Below, one piece after another: positions 1-14,240 of a stretch of 43,982 nt of DNA (its first letter is position 1; every line of letters begins with the position of its first letter). Location: contig JAQGDQ010001374.1 in the NCBI GenBank assembly GCA_030141605.1, positions 1-43,982 on the forward strand. The letters run 5' to 3'. The stretch comes from Tubiluchus corallicola (taxonomy: Eukaryota > Animalia > Priapulida). Position numbers and translations under genes: made by a program. The notes below the pieces were generated by a model that saw only the letters and a list, made by a program, of their open reading frames with translations, was not told where the DNA came from and ran no database searches.

Positions 1-489
<489 letters not shown>

Positions 490-1061
490 GCGCTTCATGT
501 AATTAGTAAAGTCACTTTAACGTCGGGATCACTTCATGTTTGGGTGCTCCCATTTTTTCATCAATGACGTCATTCGTCTTGAAGAAATGTAGGGCAATGT
601 CAATCATCACAAGTACAGGTTTTTACAAAATTTTGCAACTTTTGCCTGAACATTAGGTAGGCTGCAGAAGTTGAATTAGTTTAAGCTGCACGCGGTTACG
701 AAACGCCACGACTCGCTTACGAAAACTCACGAAGTCTCCCCAGTTAAGTCATGATTTTCAAGTGAATGGCGGCAACCACCACGCCTGAAAATTTCTATTC
801 AGATGTAGTAGACTTTAAATTTATGCTTTATAGGCAGTTCTTTGCAAATTTCTTTATTATATTTTTCTAAGTTTAAGTGATAACAGTAAAATAAACCCAA
901 CATACTGAGTGACTTGTTCTTTCCTTTAAAGAAGAAGAAAAACAGAATTAGAGAAAAGATTTCCAGACAAAGTTATATGACTTAGAATTGCAGTTTGAAA
1001 GACTTATGTAATTAGAAAAGAAAATTCTTAATAACTTAATTCGTGCTACATAGTAAAGCAT

Positions 1062-2240
1062 CACTGTATCGCCATCCCAGGGTGCACTGCATCGCCATCC
1101 CAGGGTGCACTGCATCGTCATCCCAGGGTGCACTGCATCGCCATCCCAGTGTGCACTGCATCGCCATCCAAGTGTGCACTGCATCGCCATCCCAGTGTGC
1201 ACTGCATCGCCATCCCAGTGTGCACTGCATCGCCATCCCAGTGTGTACTGCATCGCCATCCCAGTGTGCACTGCATCGCCATCCAAGTGTGCACTGCATC
1301 GCCATCCCAGTGTGCACTGCATCGCCATCCCAGTGTGCACTGCATCGCCATCCCAGGGTGCACTGCATCGCCATCCCAGTGTGCACTGCATCGCCATCCA
1401 AGTGTGCACTGCATCGCCATCCCAGTGTGCACTGCATCGCCATCCCAGTGTGCACTGCATCGCCATCCCAGGGTGCACTGCATCGCCATCCCAGTGTGCA
1501 CTGCATCGCCATCCAAGTGTGCACTGCATCGCCATCCAAGTGTGCACTGCATCGCCATCCCAGTGTGCACTGCATCGCCATCCCAGGGTGCACTGCATCG
1601 TCATCCCAGCGTGCACTGCATCGCCATCCCAGGGTGCACTGCATCGCCATCCCAGTGTGCACTGCATAGCCATCCCAGTGTGCACTGCATCGCCATCCCA
1701 GGGTGCACTGCATCGTCATCCAAGTATACACTGCATCGCCATCCCAGTGTGCACTGCATCGCCATCCCAGTGTGCACTGCATCGCCATCCCAGTGTGCAC
1801 TGCATCGCCATCCCAGGGTGCACTGCATCGCCATCCCAGTGTGCACTGCATAGCCATCCCAGTGTGCACTGCATCTCCATCCCAGGGTGCACTGCATCGT
1901 CATCCAAGTATACACTGCATTGCCATCCCAGGGTGCACTGCATCGCCATTCCAGTGTGCACTGCATCGCCATCCCAGGGTGCACTGCATCGCCATCCCAG
2001 TGTGCACTGCATCGCCATCCCAGGGTGCACTGCATCGCCATCCAAGTGTGCACTGCATCGCCATCCCAGTGTGCACTGCATCGCCATCCCAGTGTGCACT
2101 GCATCGCCATCCCAGGGTGCACTGCATCGCCATCCCAGGGTGCACTGCATCGCCATCCCAGTGTGCACTGCATCGCCATCCCAGCGTGCACTGCACCGCC
2201 ATCCCAGTGTGCACTGCATCTCCATCCCAGTGTGCACTGC
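1062..2240. repeat. 23-bp minisatellite, about 51 copies, consensus GTGCACTGCATCGCCATCCCAG(T/G)
   Basis: Head-to-tail units with no spacers; source of the HCIAIP/MQCTLG ORFs. Confidence 0.97.
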
Positions 2241-2584
2241 TTCTTCACACATTTTTAATCTTACCAACAAAATAAAGTAACTTAAACTTTTGCTTAGTTA
2301 GTGAAGAGTGCGCTGCGGAATGCTCTGATTTTTTTCTCAATCTCTATGCAATGTTAACTAAAGTTATTTAAAACAACCTGCCGCTAAAGTGGCTCCGCCT
2401 AATAGTCATTGCGAGAGTTTAGACAGCATTTTATATACAGCGTTACTGTTAATGTAAGCACTGCATGCAATAAGACAACTCGCAAGCGAGGTAAATTTCA
2501 AGATTTTTAAGTTTTTTTAAGTTTCATTTATGAAACGTCTTCTTATACTTTAAACGAAAGTAAAGATACGGTAAAGTAACTTAC

Positions 2585-2660
2585 ATAAGTGAAACGGTTG
2601 CTGATGTTCTGTCTGGGTGAGCCAATGATGTCCGCAGCCGTGCAGCAACACCAGTAGGAG
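2585..2660 (-). CDS. Probable internal exon of the FYB/ADAP-like gene, (A)PTGVAARLRTSLAHPDRTSATVSL
   Basis: Minus-strand acceptor ttttagtttcag and donor gtaagt; open in the phase left by exon 8494..9277. Confidence 0.5.
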
Positions 2661-2921
2661 CTGAAACTAAAACAAAATTCCTTAACTACATTTGTAGCAG
2701 CTTTTATATATATATATATATAAATGTAACAGAATATGAAAAAGTTATTTCCCAAACATGTACAAGTTTGCTGGGTAATACCAATAAAAAATTGACCATC
2801 TTAGCATCTTACCAACTTACCATAGTCATAGAATGGTTGAATGGTAAAGGTGTGTGCATGGCGACTGAGCTAAATGCGCAGCAGAAGCGGCGAGTGACTG
2901 GATGGATGACCGCCGGGTTGA

Positions 2922-5900
2922 GAGCTTTGGGACGAAACTTAACAAAGGGGTGCTTTGGGACGAAACTTAACAAAGGGGTGCTTTGGGACGAAAGTTAACA
3001 AAGGAGTGCTTCGGGACGAAACTTAACAAAGGGGTGCTTTGGGACGAAACTTAACAAAGGGGTGCTTCGGGACGAAACTTAACAAAGGGGTGCTTTGGGA
3101 CAAAACTAAACAAAGGGGTGCTTTGGGACGAAACTTAACAAAGGTGTGCTTTGGGACAAAACTTAACAAAGGGGTGCTTTGGGACGAAACTTAACAAAGG
3201 GGTGCTTTGGGACAAAACTTAACAAAGGGGTGCTTCGGGACGAAACTTAACAAAGGGGTGCTTCGGGACGAAACTTAACAAAGGGGTGCTTTGGTACGAA
3301 ACTAAACAAAGGGGTGCTTCGGGACAAAACTTAACAAAGGGGTGCTTCGGGACGAAACTTAACAAAGGGGTGCTTTGGGACGAAAGTTAACAAAGGAGTG
3401 CTTCGGGACGAAACTTAACAAAGGGGTGCTTCGGGACGAAACTTAACAAAGGGGTGCTTTGGGACAAAACTTAACAAAGGGGTGCTTTGGGACGAAACTT
3501 AACAAAGGGGTGCTTTGGGACGAAACTTAACAAAGGGGTGCTTTGGTACGAAACTAAACAAAGGGGTGCTTTGGGACGAAACTTAACAAAGGGGTGCTTT
3601 GGGACAAAACTTAACAAAGGGATGCTTTGGGACGAAACTTAACAAAGGGGTGCTTCGGGACGAAACTTAACAAAGGGGTGCTTTGGGACGAAACTTAACA
3701 AAGGGGTGCTTTGGGACGAAACTTAACAAAGGGGTGCTTTGGACGAAACTAAACAAAGGGGTGCTTTGGGACGAAACTTAACAAAGGGGTGCTTTGGGAC
3801 GAAAACTTAACAAAGGGAGTGCTTTGGGACGAAACTTAACAAAGGGGTGCTTCTGGGACGAAACTTAACAAAGGGGTGCTTTGGGACGAAACTTAACAAA
3901 GGGGTGCTTCGGGACGAAACTTAACAAAGGGGTGCTTTGGGACGAAACTTAACAAAGGGGTGCTTCGGGACGAAACTTAACAAAGGGGTGCTTTGGGACG
4001 AAACTTAACAAAGGGGTGCTTCGGGACGAAACTTAACAAAGGGGTGCTTTGGGACGAAACTTAACAAAGGGGTGCTTCGGGACGAAACTTAACAAAGGGG
4101 TGCTTTGGGACAAAACTAAACAAAGGGGTGCTTTGGGACGAAACTTAACAAAGGTGTGCTTTGGGACAAAACTTAACAAAGGGGTGCTTTGGGACGAAAC
4201 TTAACAAAGGGGTGCTTTGGGACAAAACTTAACAAAGGGGTGCTTCGGGACGAAACTTAACAAAGGGGTGCTTCGGGACGAAACTTAACAAAGGGGTGCT
4301 TTGGTACGAAACTAAACAAAGGGGTGCTTCGGGACGAAACTTAACAAAGGGGTGCTTCGGGACGAAACTTAACAAAGGGGTGCTTTGGGACGAAAGTTAA
4401 CAAAGGGGTGCTTCACAAACAACATTTTGGACGAAACTTAACAAAGGGGTGCTTTGGGACAAAACTTAACAAAGGGGTGCTTTGGGACGAAACTTAACAA
4501 AGGGGTGCTTTGGGACGAAACTTAACAAAGGGGTGCTACAAACAAACAAAGTGCTTTGGGACGAAACTTAACAAAGGGGTGCTTTGGGACAAAACTAACA
4601 AAGGGATGCTTTGGGACGAAACTTAACAGGGGTGCTTCGGGACGAAACTTAACAAAGGGTGCTTGGACGAAACTTAACAAAGGGGTGCTTGGGACGAAAC
4701 TTAACAAAGGTGTGCTTTGGGACGAAACTTAACAAAGGGGTGCTTTGGGACGAAACTTAACAATGGGGTGCTTTGGGACGAAACTTAACAAAGGGGTGCT
4801 TCGGGACGAAACTTAACAAAGGGGTGCTTTGGTACGAAACTAAACAAAGGGGTGCTTCGGGACGAAAGTTAACAAAGGGGTGCTTCGGGACGAAACTTAA
4901 CAAAGGGGTGCTTTGGGACGAAAGTTAACAAAGGGGTGCTTCGGGACGAAACTTAACAAAGGGGTGCTTCGGGACGAAACTTAACAAAGGGGTGCTTTGG
5001 GACAAAACCTAACAAAGGGGTGCTTTGGGACGAAACTTAACAAAGGGGTGCTTTGGGACGAAACTTAACAAAGGGGTGCTTCGGGACGAAACTTAACAAA
5101 GGGGTGCTTTGGGACAAAACTTAACAAAGGGGTGCTTTGGGACGAAACTTAACAAAGGTGTGCTTTGGGACGAAACTTAACAAAGGGGTGCTTTGGGACG
5201 AAACTTAACAAAGGGGTGCTTTGGGACAAAACTTAACAAAGGGGTGCTTCGGGACGAAACTTAACAAAGGGGTGCTTCGGGACGAAACTTAACAAAGGGG
5301 TGCTTTGGTACGAAACTAAACAAAGGGGTGCTTCGGGACGAAACTTAACAAAGGGGTGCTTCGGGACGAAACTTAACAAAGGGGTGCTTTGGGACGAAAG
5401 TTAACAAAGGGGTGCTTCGGGACGAAACTTAACAAAGGGGTGCTTCGGGACGAAACTTAACAAAGGGGTGCTTTGGGACAAAACCTAACAAAGGGGTGCT
5501 TTGGGACGAAACTTAAGAAAGGGGTGCTTTGGGACGAAACTTAACAAAGGGGTGCTTTGGTACGAAACTAAACAAAGGGGTGCTTTGGGACGAAACTTAA
5601 CAAAGGGGTGCTTTGGGACAAAACTTAACAAAGGGATGCTTTGGGACGAAACTTAACAAAGGGGTGCTTTGGGACGAAACTTAACAAAGGGGTGCTTTGG
5701 GACGAAACTTAACAAAGGGGTGCTTTGGGACGAAACTTAACAAAGGTGTGCTTTGGGACGAAACTTAACAAAGGGGTGCTTTGGGACGAAACTTAACAAT
5801 GGGGTGCTTTGGGACGAAACTTAACAAAGGGGTGCTTTGGGACGAAACTTAACAAAGGGGTGCTTTGGGACGAAACTTAAAAAAAGGGGTGCTTTGGGAC

Positions 5901-5966
5901 AAAACTTAACAAAGGGGTGCTTTGGGACGAAACTTAACAAAGGGGTGCTTTGGGGCGAAACTTAAC
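2922..5966. repeat. 28-bp satellite array, about 108 copies, consensus GTGCTTTGGGACGAAACTTAACAAAGGG
   Basis: Near-identical head-to-tail units; intronic. Confidence 0.98.
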
Positions 5967-7239
5967 TTTGAAATGTTTGCTCATGTCAGACAGAAAAAAC
6001 AAGTTGTCTCTCAAAAAATTCTTCCTAAATTGGTTTTGCAAAAACTTTAGCAGAATCTTCCTAAAATTTGCACAAACGCAGTAGCTGTACATGTTGCTAC
6101 ATATAGTAAAGGAAAGCTGTGTTAAATAGTGATTTTGATTAAATTGGTGATTAAATTATTAAATTAATAATTCAAGATTAAATGCTTGACGATGCAAGAT
6201 TAAATTATCGTCGTGGTTAGAAGCCTAGTTAGGTGTGGCATCACATGATCAGCTGATGTTCGACCGGCTGACTCAGAAGTAAAGATTGATGATGTAATCC
6301 TTATGTGCAGAAGCTCATGGCGCATTAGGTAGTTAGACAAAAGTGTTTTGAGGTCCGCACCTCGGGGAGATTAGGAACTGACTTGAAGACGGAGGGCTGG
6401 CATTACTATCCTCTTATGTTTACCGTGTTGTGTTTGTTGTTTAATAAATGTGTAGTTTATTAAATAAAGTCTTGATAGTTTGCCATGCCCATCGTGGCTA
6501 CCTCACACGCCGCGCAATAAACAACAATAATCAGCAAACAGCTTTAACCACTAAATAAACAGACTCTAACGCAACCACTATACCAATTATTTTACTCATA
6601 TCAGTTTAGTTTGAGGCACCTAGCAAATACCGCAAGACATATCCTTGTGTAGTGAACACTCTATAAACAACAATGTGGGTGTTAAGGGCAAATTACCCAA
6701 TTACCCATATAATTCGTTTCTTCTTTTTCCCGCATGAGGGAGCCAAAAACTAAAGGGCACAAGTGGGCAATTGCTGGCAGACTCAACTGGTTATTGCAGA
6801 GACTTACTTGTAATTGGTGGATAATGCAATTTTTTATATGAGAAATTTAATGTCATGCTTCATAAATCATAAACAGTGTGCTCTCTCTAGCCGAATGAAG
6901 TAAGTGATTTTTGTAAATCTAAGTTTATTAATTAGATAACAATTTTCTGTGTAATTTTTTTGTTAAAATTTCTGTAGTTTTGTTCAAATTACATTACTGC
7001 AAATTTTATGTATTTTTTTTTCTTCTCCTTCTTCAAGAATGAAGACTGCAGAAACACATTGTGCAAAGAACTTTCGTGTTTGCTGTGTTAACAGTGTGTG
7101 CACCTTATACATGCATAACATAGTAATTGTAAATTCCGCGTAACCTGAACACATAGCTTTAATCTGAACTGTATCTTATCAAGCGATAGAGGAAGTTCAC
7201 ATCCTTCAAGCATCAGAATATCGCGAATAAGAACGAAAT

Positions 7240-7790
7240 TTGGGGGATTTACCAACGCACACAAATGGACTGTGCAAAAACGCAGCAAAGTCTCTCATGA
7301 AATTACCCATGAAATTTACTCACTGTTCAGTTAACGTGAAGAGACAATTGTTTAATACTTACTGCACTACTTTTTATTGTATGTCCACTTGGAGACATTT
7401 TTATTCTTACAATCTTAGCAAACTCAAGGTTGCATATAATGTATCAACGCGGAAGCTGTTTAACTTTTCATATGATACGAGCGCCAGATATATTTCTACT
7501 AGACTTAATATTATTTATTTTGATGTGATTCACAGAAAATGTGCATACAGTTTACACGTCAGGCTGAATAAGAGTGAAAATTTTATATGCAAGAACATTT
7601 TAAACAGTGATGCAAACTTTACTTCTGTAATTAGACGTCATTGGCGTAGTTTGTTATATCGTTAATTGTTATTTGTGTTATTGTTGTGTGTCATGATTTA
7701 TTGTATTATTTGTATTAATTTGTGATGTGTTTATGAACTTTGTGAAGTTTGAAATAAAATATTAAATCAAATAAATCAAATTTCAAAGTA
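7240..7790 (+). mobile_element. 3' fragment of a non-LTR retrotransposon (L2/CR1/Crack-like ORF2 C-terminus and 3' UTR)
   Basis: ORF 7240..7665 (VKRQLFNTYC..FY...W...LKVAYN...RKLF) resembles post-RT C-terminal regions of LINE ORF2; followed by a T-rich UTR, AATAAA and a short simple-repeat tail. Confidence 0.7.
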
Positions 7791-8493
7791 AATAATAGAA
7801 ATGTGATTGTGCACTTAAAGACAATAAATAAATAAGCAGCACTAAGTTCAACTATGTATTACTAAAAGTTGTTCAAACTTCTGTGCAGTTAATTATGTTT
7901 CGAAGTTCTACATCTGGTATTACTGCTATACTGCTATTTATTATGGGAAAACTAGATGTGACATGCTCAAACACGTCGTAGGCTAATTATTACCCAAGCA
8001 AAATCACTCCTGATACGATTAAAAAATAGATAGTAGATTAAAATAGATAAAATAGATTAAAAATACAATTAAAACTTAGTAACTTTAGCCAATGTGATGT
8101 TGATGATATACATTTTGCAGCAAATATATCATTCATTACGAGAAATGACAACGCATTATTTGTAGGCTATACATTAACCCAACAACTGTTTGTGGTGGGC
8201 TAGCTTTACTGCTGCAAACTAAGTAATGCTTTATCTATATAGAAACCGTGTATCTATCTACGGCATCACTATTCAGAAATAAACTTAGTTCTACAAGCAA
8301 ATGTGCAAGGAAGTTTGCAATACTGTGGTTTCCAGTAGTGTGCTCTCGATTAACTTTGCGAAGAAAGTGAAGAAACAACAAAAACGAAGAAAAAATTTAA
8401 GAATTCAGTTCATTTGTGCTAAAACACTGCCTTTCAGTCAGTGCGTAACGCATATATTTTGTTCTCGAGTAATTCGTAAACAATGTGACTTAC

Positions 8494-9277
8494 CAGAATG
8501 GCTGTCTAACGAAACTGCGGGAGGACGTCTTGGCTTCACTGGACAAGAAGTTCTTGGAGGAACAAACGGTAGTCGCTTCTGGCACTTGACCTTGGAGGAG
8601 CCTTCTGCGACAGGGTTTGGCGGTCGCATGTTAGACGATTTTGGAACGTGACCCGGCGGTGTACCGAGAGACTGCGCAATTGCCCCGCCGAGTTTCGCTT
8701 GGATTTCCTGTACCGACGTCTTCCTTTCTGGAGGTACTTCAGGTGGCAAGCTCCGTTCTTCAGACGCTAGACCTTTGGAAGGCGGTCCCAAATTGCCTCT
8801 GGATGGCAAACTCGGCGGCTGATGAAGTCTCGATGACGGTAAGTTAGGTCGTTGCGAAGAAGGGGTGGTTGTGGCAGAATCATAGTTGCTTTTTGCTCCT
8901 TGACTCTTCAGATGTTGTCTTGCGGGATGTGACGAAGCAATGTGACTGACATCCAGAGGTTGCCGTGAAGGGACACCAGGTGGCGGGCCTACACCATTTC
9001 TTGTCGCCCATCTATGAGCATCAGATGAAGTTCCTTGATTAATAACCTTATTTGGAAGTTTGGCAGCACTGCTGACGTCACTGGTAAAAGTTTTTGTACT
9101 AACAACAGGTCCGACGCCAGTTTGTACATGGCTTGCCGGAACAACGGGTTTCGGTTTTGACGCTATTGCCGGTTTATTGACACCAGCTTGTTTTGGATGA
9201 CTCTGATTCGTCGGTTTGGGGTTTGCACTGTTTTCCTGCTGCTGTTCGAACTTGTTCCGCAACGCGCTTACACCAGA
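8494..9277 (-). CDS. Large proline-rich exon of a FYB/ADAP/PRAM1-like adaptor protein
   Basis: Acceptor tttatttacag (CAG at 9280-9278) and donor gtaagt (8493-8488). N-terminal VSALRNKFEQ and C-terminal KRLPFVPPRTSCPVKPRRPPAVSLD recall FYB motifs (VKSLMAKF; KPLP...PPKPNRPPNVDL). Family call is from motif memory only. Confidence 0.65.
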
Positions 9278-10510
9278 CTGTAAATAAATGCACTTGTAAG
9301 TAAACAAACAGGAGAAGTGACCAGAAAGTAGATACGTCTGAATTTGCTTTATTTATTACATACTCGAATGGTACAGTACATATTAGTAAACGCTTAAAAT
9401 GTTCACATGGAAAACGACATAGTGTGCTTGCAAACCAAAACAGTCCACGAGTCAGCATAGTTAAAACTAAGTTATGGTGCTTCAAAGTAGAATGCATCAA
9501 AAATTTGGTCAAATGTCAATTTTTTCGACTTTTATATTTTTGCACCAGATTATCAAGAAAATGTTCAAAAAATGCTAAGAATATAATTTCATAACCCCAT
9601 ACGCACTTTTCTGTCTAGAAACTAGTACTACAATTGGTTGAAAAATTTGTGGTTTCAAACTCCAATAGTAGTTCGTGGAAGCAGTCATTTTGCTTCGGGT
9701 TTTTTTCTGTTTCCAAACCCAGATCTTTGTCAGGAAGAGCCATCTACTGGATTTAAATGTAACTTCAATGTGTTCTTGCAAAGTCCGTAGCAACCAGCAT
9801 TTGTGCGGTTACTAAATATTTTGCAGAAATGCAACAAAAAACAATGGTTAACTTTAACAGTAATTTTCTCAAGGTTATGTTTTTCAGTGTGCAGCCTGCA
9901 CCTCAACTCCTATGTGGATTATCTCAGCTTAGAAATAACATAGAGTGATGAACTTGGTATCAAAATGATCCTCATGAAATGGAGATTTAGGATATGTGAA
10001 TAACTAGAAAGGGTTTACTGCCGATTTATGGAAGATTTTGCTATGCAAGCATACCTAGCATAAACAGGTGCAAACAATGAGTGACATTAACGAGATTACA
10101 AGCATACAACACAAATAGAATTACACAGTAACACAATTATTCGAATAAAAGCAAATAAGAAATTATAATTACAAAACACTTACACAAACACATACGTCAT
10201 ACTAAACAAGTACAGAAAAAGGAGTTGTCAACAGTAGAAGGCATTACCTACGTGCCAGAAAAGAATTTAAGACAGTTAACATTTTTGCAGGAACAAACAT
10301 TCCAAAACCACTCCACACTTAGGCAGTGCAACAATTGGGTGAAAAATTTGCATTTTCAAACTCCAATAGTAGTTCCTGGAAGCGGTCATTTTGCTGTCAG
10401 TAATGCTGACAGAGACAAGTCCCAATAAAGCCTACTTTCTATATACTCTCCTTTGGTGGCCATCTTTTTATGGGTGTGCCAGTCTACCAATGATGCAGAA
10501 CTGCTTATAG

Positions 10511-10868
10511 CAGGGGTGTGCAAATGATCTGACTAGCCGGGCCACATTAAACTTTCCCGCAATTCCTGCGGGCCACAGGCAGTTTGATCAAGGAGCCAAG
10601 TACAGAAAGGCCTAATAACGATTTTGCATCCGACCTGCGTACGTCATTACTACTACACTCAAGAAACTATTTTAGAAGTTATTAAAATTGATATTACAAA
10701 CCATATATTTCTACTTTCAGGGCAGATAGTGGTAATTTCATTACAATGCATATTAGTAATGTGTATCACACAGTCTGTGTAGTACAGTGTTATTAAGCTA
10801 CAACCGTCTTGTAAGGGTTAATGGCATCCGATCTAGTAGAAACTACCCCCACAATTTGCACACCCCTG
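10511..10868. mobile_element. hAT (Charlie-like) MITE, internally deleted copy
   Basis: TIRs CAGGGGTGTGCAAAT...ATTTGCACACCCCTG; perfect 8-bp TSD GCTTATAG (10503-10510 and 10869-10876); reverse-complement copy at 31537..31996. Confidence 0.92.
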
Positions 10869-11256
10869 GCTTATAGCCAGTCAATTTTTCTTATTTTTGG
10901 CTATAAACAAATCCTACTCATAAAATCTGGCAGAAACTCCCTTCTATATATATATCTGTCCTAACAAGGTACTGCAATTTGATCCACATTGTACAGTGGA
11001 AATACTGTGATCACTAATAAAGTCTACGGTGTTGTGAATCCACTCAAAATAAAGTTTATATCTGGCAATATTGCAGGTTTTTCACAACTTCAGAGACAGC
11101 AAACCAACAACAGGCCGAACTTAAAAAAAAATCAACGTTCTTTTCGTTCATTTTTGAAACTGCCAAATGCATTATCAGTACCTGATGTTGCAACTTTGCA
11201 TGCTTTGACCTTTGACAAAGTCCGGGGTTTAACTCTTGGGTTTTTTGATTACTCAC

Positions 11257-11259
11257 CAT
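11257..11259 (-). CDS. Putative start-codon-only coding part of exon 1 of the FYB-like gene (ATG|gtgagt)
   Basis: ATG immediately followed by a perfect donor; phase-0 join to 9277 gives MSGVSALRNKF. Confidence 0.5.
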
Positions 11260-11903
11260 AATGAACTAAAATGCAAGAATTTGGAGGAAAATTTCAACGC
11301 CACATCGTGTTCCTGTTACAAATGTTTTCTCCAAAGTCTGTAGGTTTCGTCTGCAAAAAAGTAAAATAAAATTTAATACCATGAACCATGCTAATCACCA
11401 AGGATATACACAGATCGCAAGCTGCGTTTAGCGCCACCCAACTTGATGACGTAATACACATTCTCACAAACTCCCTCACTGAAAGTGCTTACAGCATGGA
11501 AATAAACTGACGAACAAGAAAAAAATTGGAAGTAGTAAGCTAGCTACAGGAAAGTTTGATCCTAGTAATTTTGGCTGGAGGAAAAGTTTGGTACCGCGAA
11601 ATTTTAGCTCTACGAAGATAGGCTACTGGTAAAATTCAATACAGTACTGGTGAAGGTTGGCAAGACTTTTTGGTACAAGTAAATCTGGTACAAGGTAAAA
11701 ATGGTACGGAATGTTTGGTGCCAGGAAAGTTTAGTACTGGTAACAGGAAAATATGGTACAGTGAAAATGTAGTACAAGGAAAGTATCTTTCATAAAATGT
11801 ACAAAATGATCATATTGTTTAAGATCATATTAGACACTACAAATGTTCAGTCTTGAAGACATAATTAGCGTTTAAACAACATAAGCTAATTACCCCAGAC
11901 AAA

Positions 11904-12380
11904 CTGTGAACTCTCACACTGTGAACTGTGACAGTGTGAACTCTCACAGCGTGAAATTGCACAGTGAACTCTCGCAGTGTGAACTCTCTCACTGTGAACT
12001 CTCTCAGTGTGAACTCTCGCAATGTGAACTCTCGCAGTGTGAACTCTCACAGTGTGAAATATTGCACTGTACACTCTCACACTGTGTGTCGCAAAGGGAG
12101 ATCTCGCAGTGTGAACACTCACACTGTGAACTCTCGCAGTGTGAACTCTCGTACTGTGAAATCTCGCACTGCGAATTCTCTCATTGTGAACTCTCACACT
12201 GTGAACTCTCGTACTGTGAAATCTCGCACTGCGAATTCTCTCATTGTGAACTCTCACACTGTGAACTCTCGCAGTGTGAACTCTCGCAGTGATAACTGTT
12301 GCAATGTGAACCCTTGCAATGTGAACTGTCGCAATGTGAACTGTCGCAGTGTGAACTCTTGCAATGTGAACTCTTGCATT
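11904..12380. repeat. Degenerate 15-bp tandem repeat (GTGAACTCTCGCAGT)
   Basis: Directly visible; explains the CELSQ, VNSRS and RVHTA ORFs. Confidence 0.92.
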
Positions 12381-12679
12381 GTAATTCAATGCAATTTCTG
12401 CATGTGTTTGGGAGCCACTTTCGTTGCGCAACTTAGATGAAGGAGGAGGGAAGACAAAGGGAGAGCTAATTGGTCGTCACGAGGAGGACCACTGCTGGTT
12501 GACTGACGTTTTGGGATCTGTGTATTCTCTGACATGAGATAATGAACCTACAGAGGTACAGATCTTTTCGATTCTCCATGTTGTGATTCATACATCAGGT
12601 AGTGCAAGAAATGTCATGGAGGTTATGATTGTCATATTACGGGAAAAAGTAATGGAATCTCTTGAAAATTACTTACGCT

Positions 12680-12681
<2 letters not shown>

Positions 12682-12760
<79 letters not shown>

Positions 12761-12860
12761 TGGGTTGGAGTGGGTTGGAGAGAGACACACAGAGAGAGAG
12801 AGAGACAGGGAGAGGGAGAGAGAGGGGAGGAAAAGAGCGAGAGAGAAAGGGAGAGAGAGA
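12682..12860. repeat. (GA)n microsatellite and purine tract
   Basis: Directly visible. Confidence 0.97.
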
Positions 12861-14163
12861 GCAAATACGGTAAACTTAAATTTACGTGATAAAATAAGCA
12901 CAGTCAAAAGCTGCATGCCTTAATTCATTTCTGAAAAAAATTGAAAATTAACTTACAGTTCTTTTGCTTGACAATTAAATCTAGCGCGCCTTTACATTTA
13001 CAAAGTTACATTCGCCTATATTTATAACGTGCACAATGCTACACAGAGTTATAGAACAGAAATAAACTGTGTTACAAACTTAATTATTAATATCTGGTAA
13101 AATCATTCAACTTACTACTTTTTACTTGTACAAATAGACCTTGTTTACACACAATCAAAGTTCAAACTGCTACACATTGCAAACGCAGCACCAAAACACA
13201 TGAAACTCGCAGACTACTGCTCCACAACCTGTTGATCCACTGCAACTGTCACCACGCAAGTCTACTGCAATACAAACGCTATCTAAAAACGTGGTGTACC
13301 AGTCTAACTGGAAAGTACAGCAAAAACTCTGTCCTGCTGTATAATGTGTGCATAGATGCGTTATTACGACGTCGACAAAGTGGCAATGATTCATTTCCGT
13401 TGAGAAATCTAATTAAGCTACTTTAATACTGTTTTTGCATGTTTATTGGTTATCATTCCTGTGAAATAATCATTTAGTTTTATCGAACAAATGCCTAAAA
13501 CAACTTTCAAAACACACCAAGTGATAAATTTATTAAATTTTATCGAAAATTTAACACAGAATAAGTTCAGATGGAAGATTAGAGTTGGGCTCAATCGGCT
13601 TGACACAAAAATTTAATAATTTATACTGCTCATTGATTTTTTTATTATTTGCCGTTGCAAGTAAGTTTCAGCACTCATATGACACAGCTTACTTGACGAC
13701 TGTGGCAGGACGAGAAAGTATCTAAAAAAATCCAGAAGAATCATTTAGACAAAGTTAACATAATGATAAAATATTGTGTAAATTCATTAAGGAGGCAGTT
13801 CCAAAATCTTTTGTTTACATAAGAAGCACAGTTTACATATAAAACGTAATAATAATGTTAATATATTTGTGAATGTTGCATCACAAAAATTCTGCTCGCC
13901 TAATTATATATTTTGTTCTAGCCTTGTTTTGATTTTTTAGTTTCGCCCTGCGAAGATTTTTGTTACTGTTGCTTGATATATGTTTTGGTTTAAACTGAAT
14001 TTTGTTTTTGCTCTTGAGTTTGATTTTGTTGCTTTTGTGTGATATAATTTTTGCCCTTTGTTGAATCCTGTTTTGATTTGCTTGTGATTTCTTTAGTTTT
14101 CAGTTGAATTGCGTTTGTTTTTATAAAAATGTCATCACCCTGTGAATAAACTTAATTTAAATA

Positions 14164-14240
14164 AAGGGCAGCTGACCAAGTGACCAATAGGTCTTTCGCT
14201 GCTCCTTCTCGGCTGTAATGAAACATAAAAATAATTAAGA
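14164..14240 (+). mobile_element. Retroposon 3' end with stem-loop, copy 1
   Basis: AAGGGCAGC...GACCAATAGGTC...GCTGCTCCTT, preceded by a T-rich UTR and followed by an A-rich tail; matches the reverse complement of 14754..14797. Confidence 0.55.

Noticed and set aside
948-2280. Many overlapping Cys/His-rich ORFs
   Set aside because: The repeat unit is stop-free in all six frames; artefact.
1062-5966. 23-bp and 28-bp arrays as CRISPR
   Set aside because: Units are contiguous with no unique spacers, there are no cas genes, and the context is eukaryotic.
6120-6540. Solo LTR (TGTT...AACA with internal AATAAA)
   Set aside because: Suggestive, but I could not find a matching TSD or a second copy.
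7015-7050. Minus-strand LEEGEE as the last DUF4787 exon, which would nest PEX16 in an intron
   Set aside because: A much better exon (LEEGEIDVR..SFKGC) with a proper acceptor exists at 19217-19309.
13170-13426. Short ORFs in a GC-balanced patch
   Set aside because: No recognisable motif or consistent splice model.
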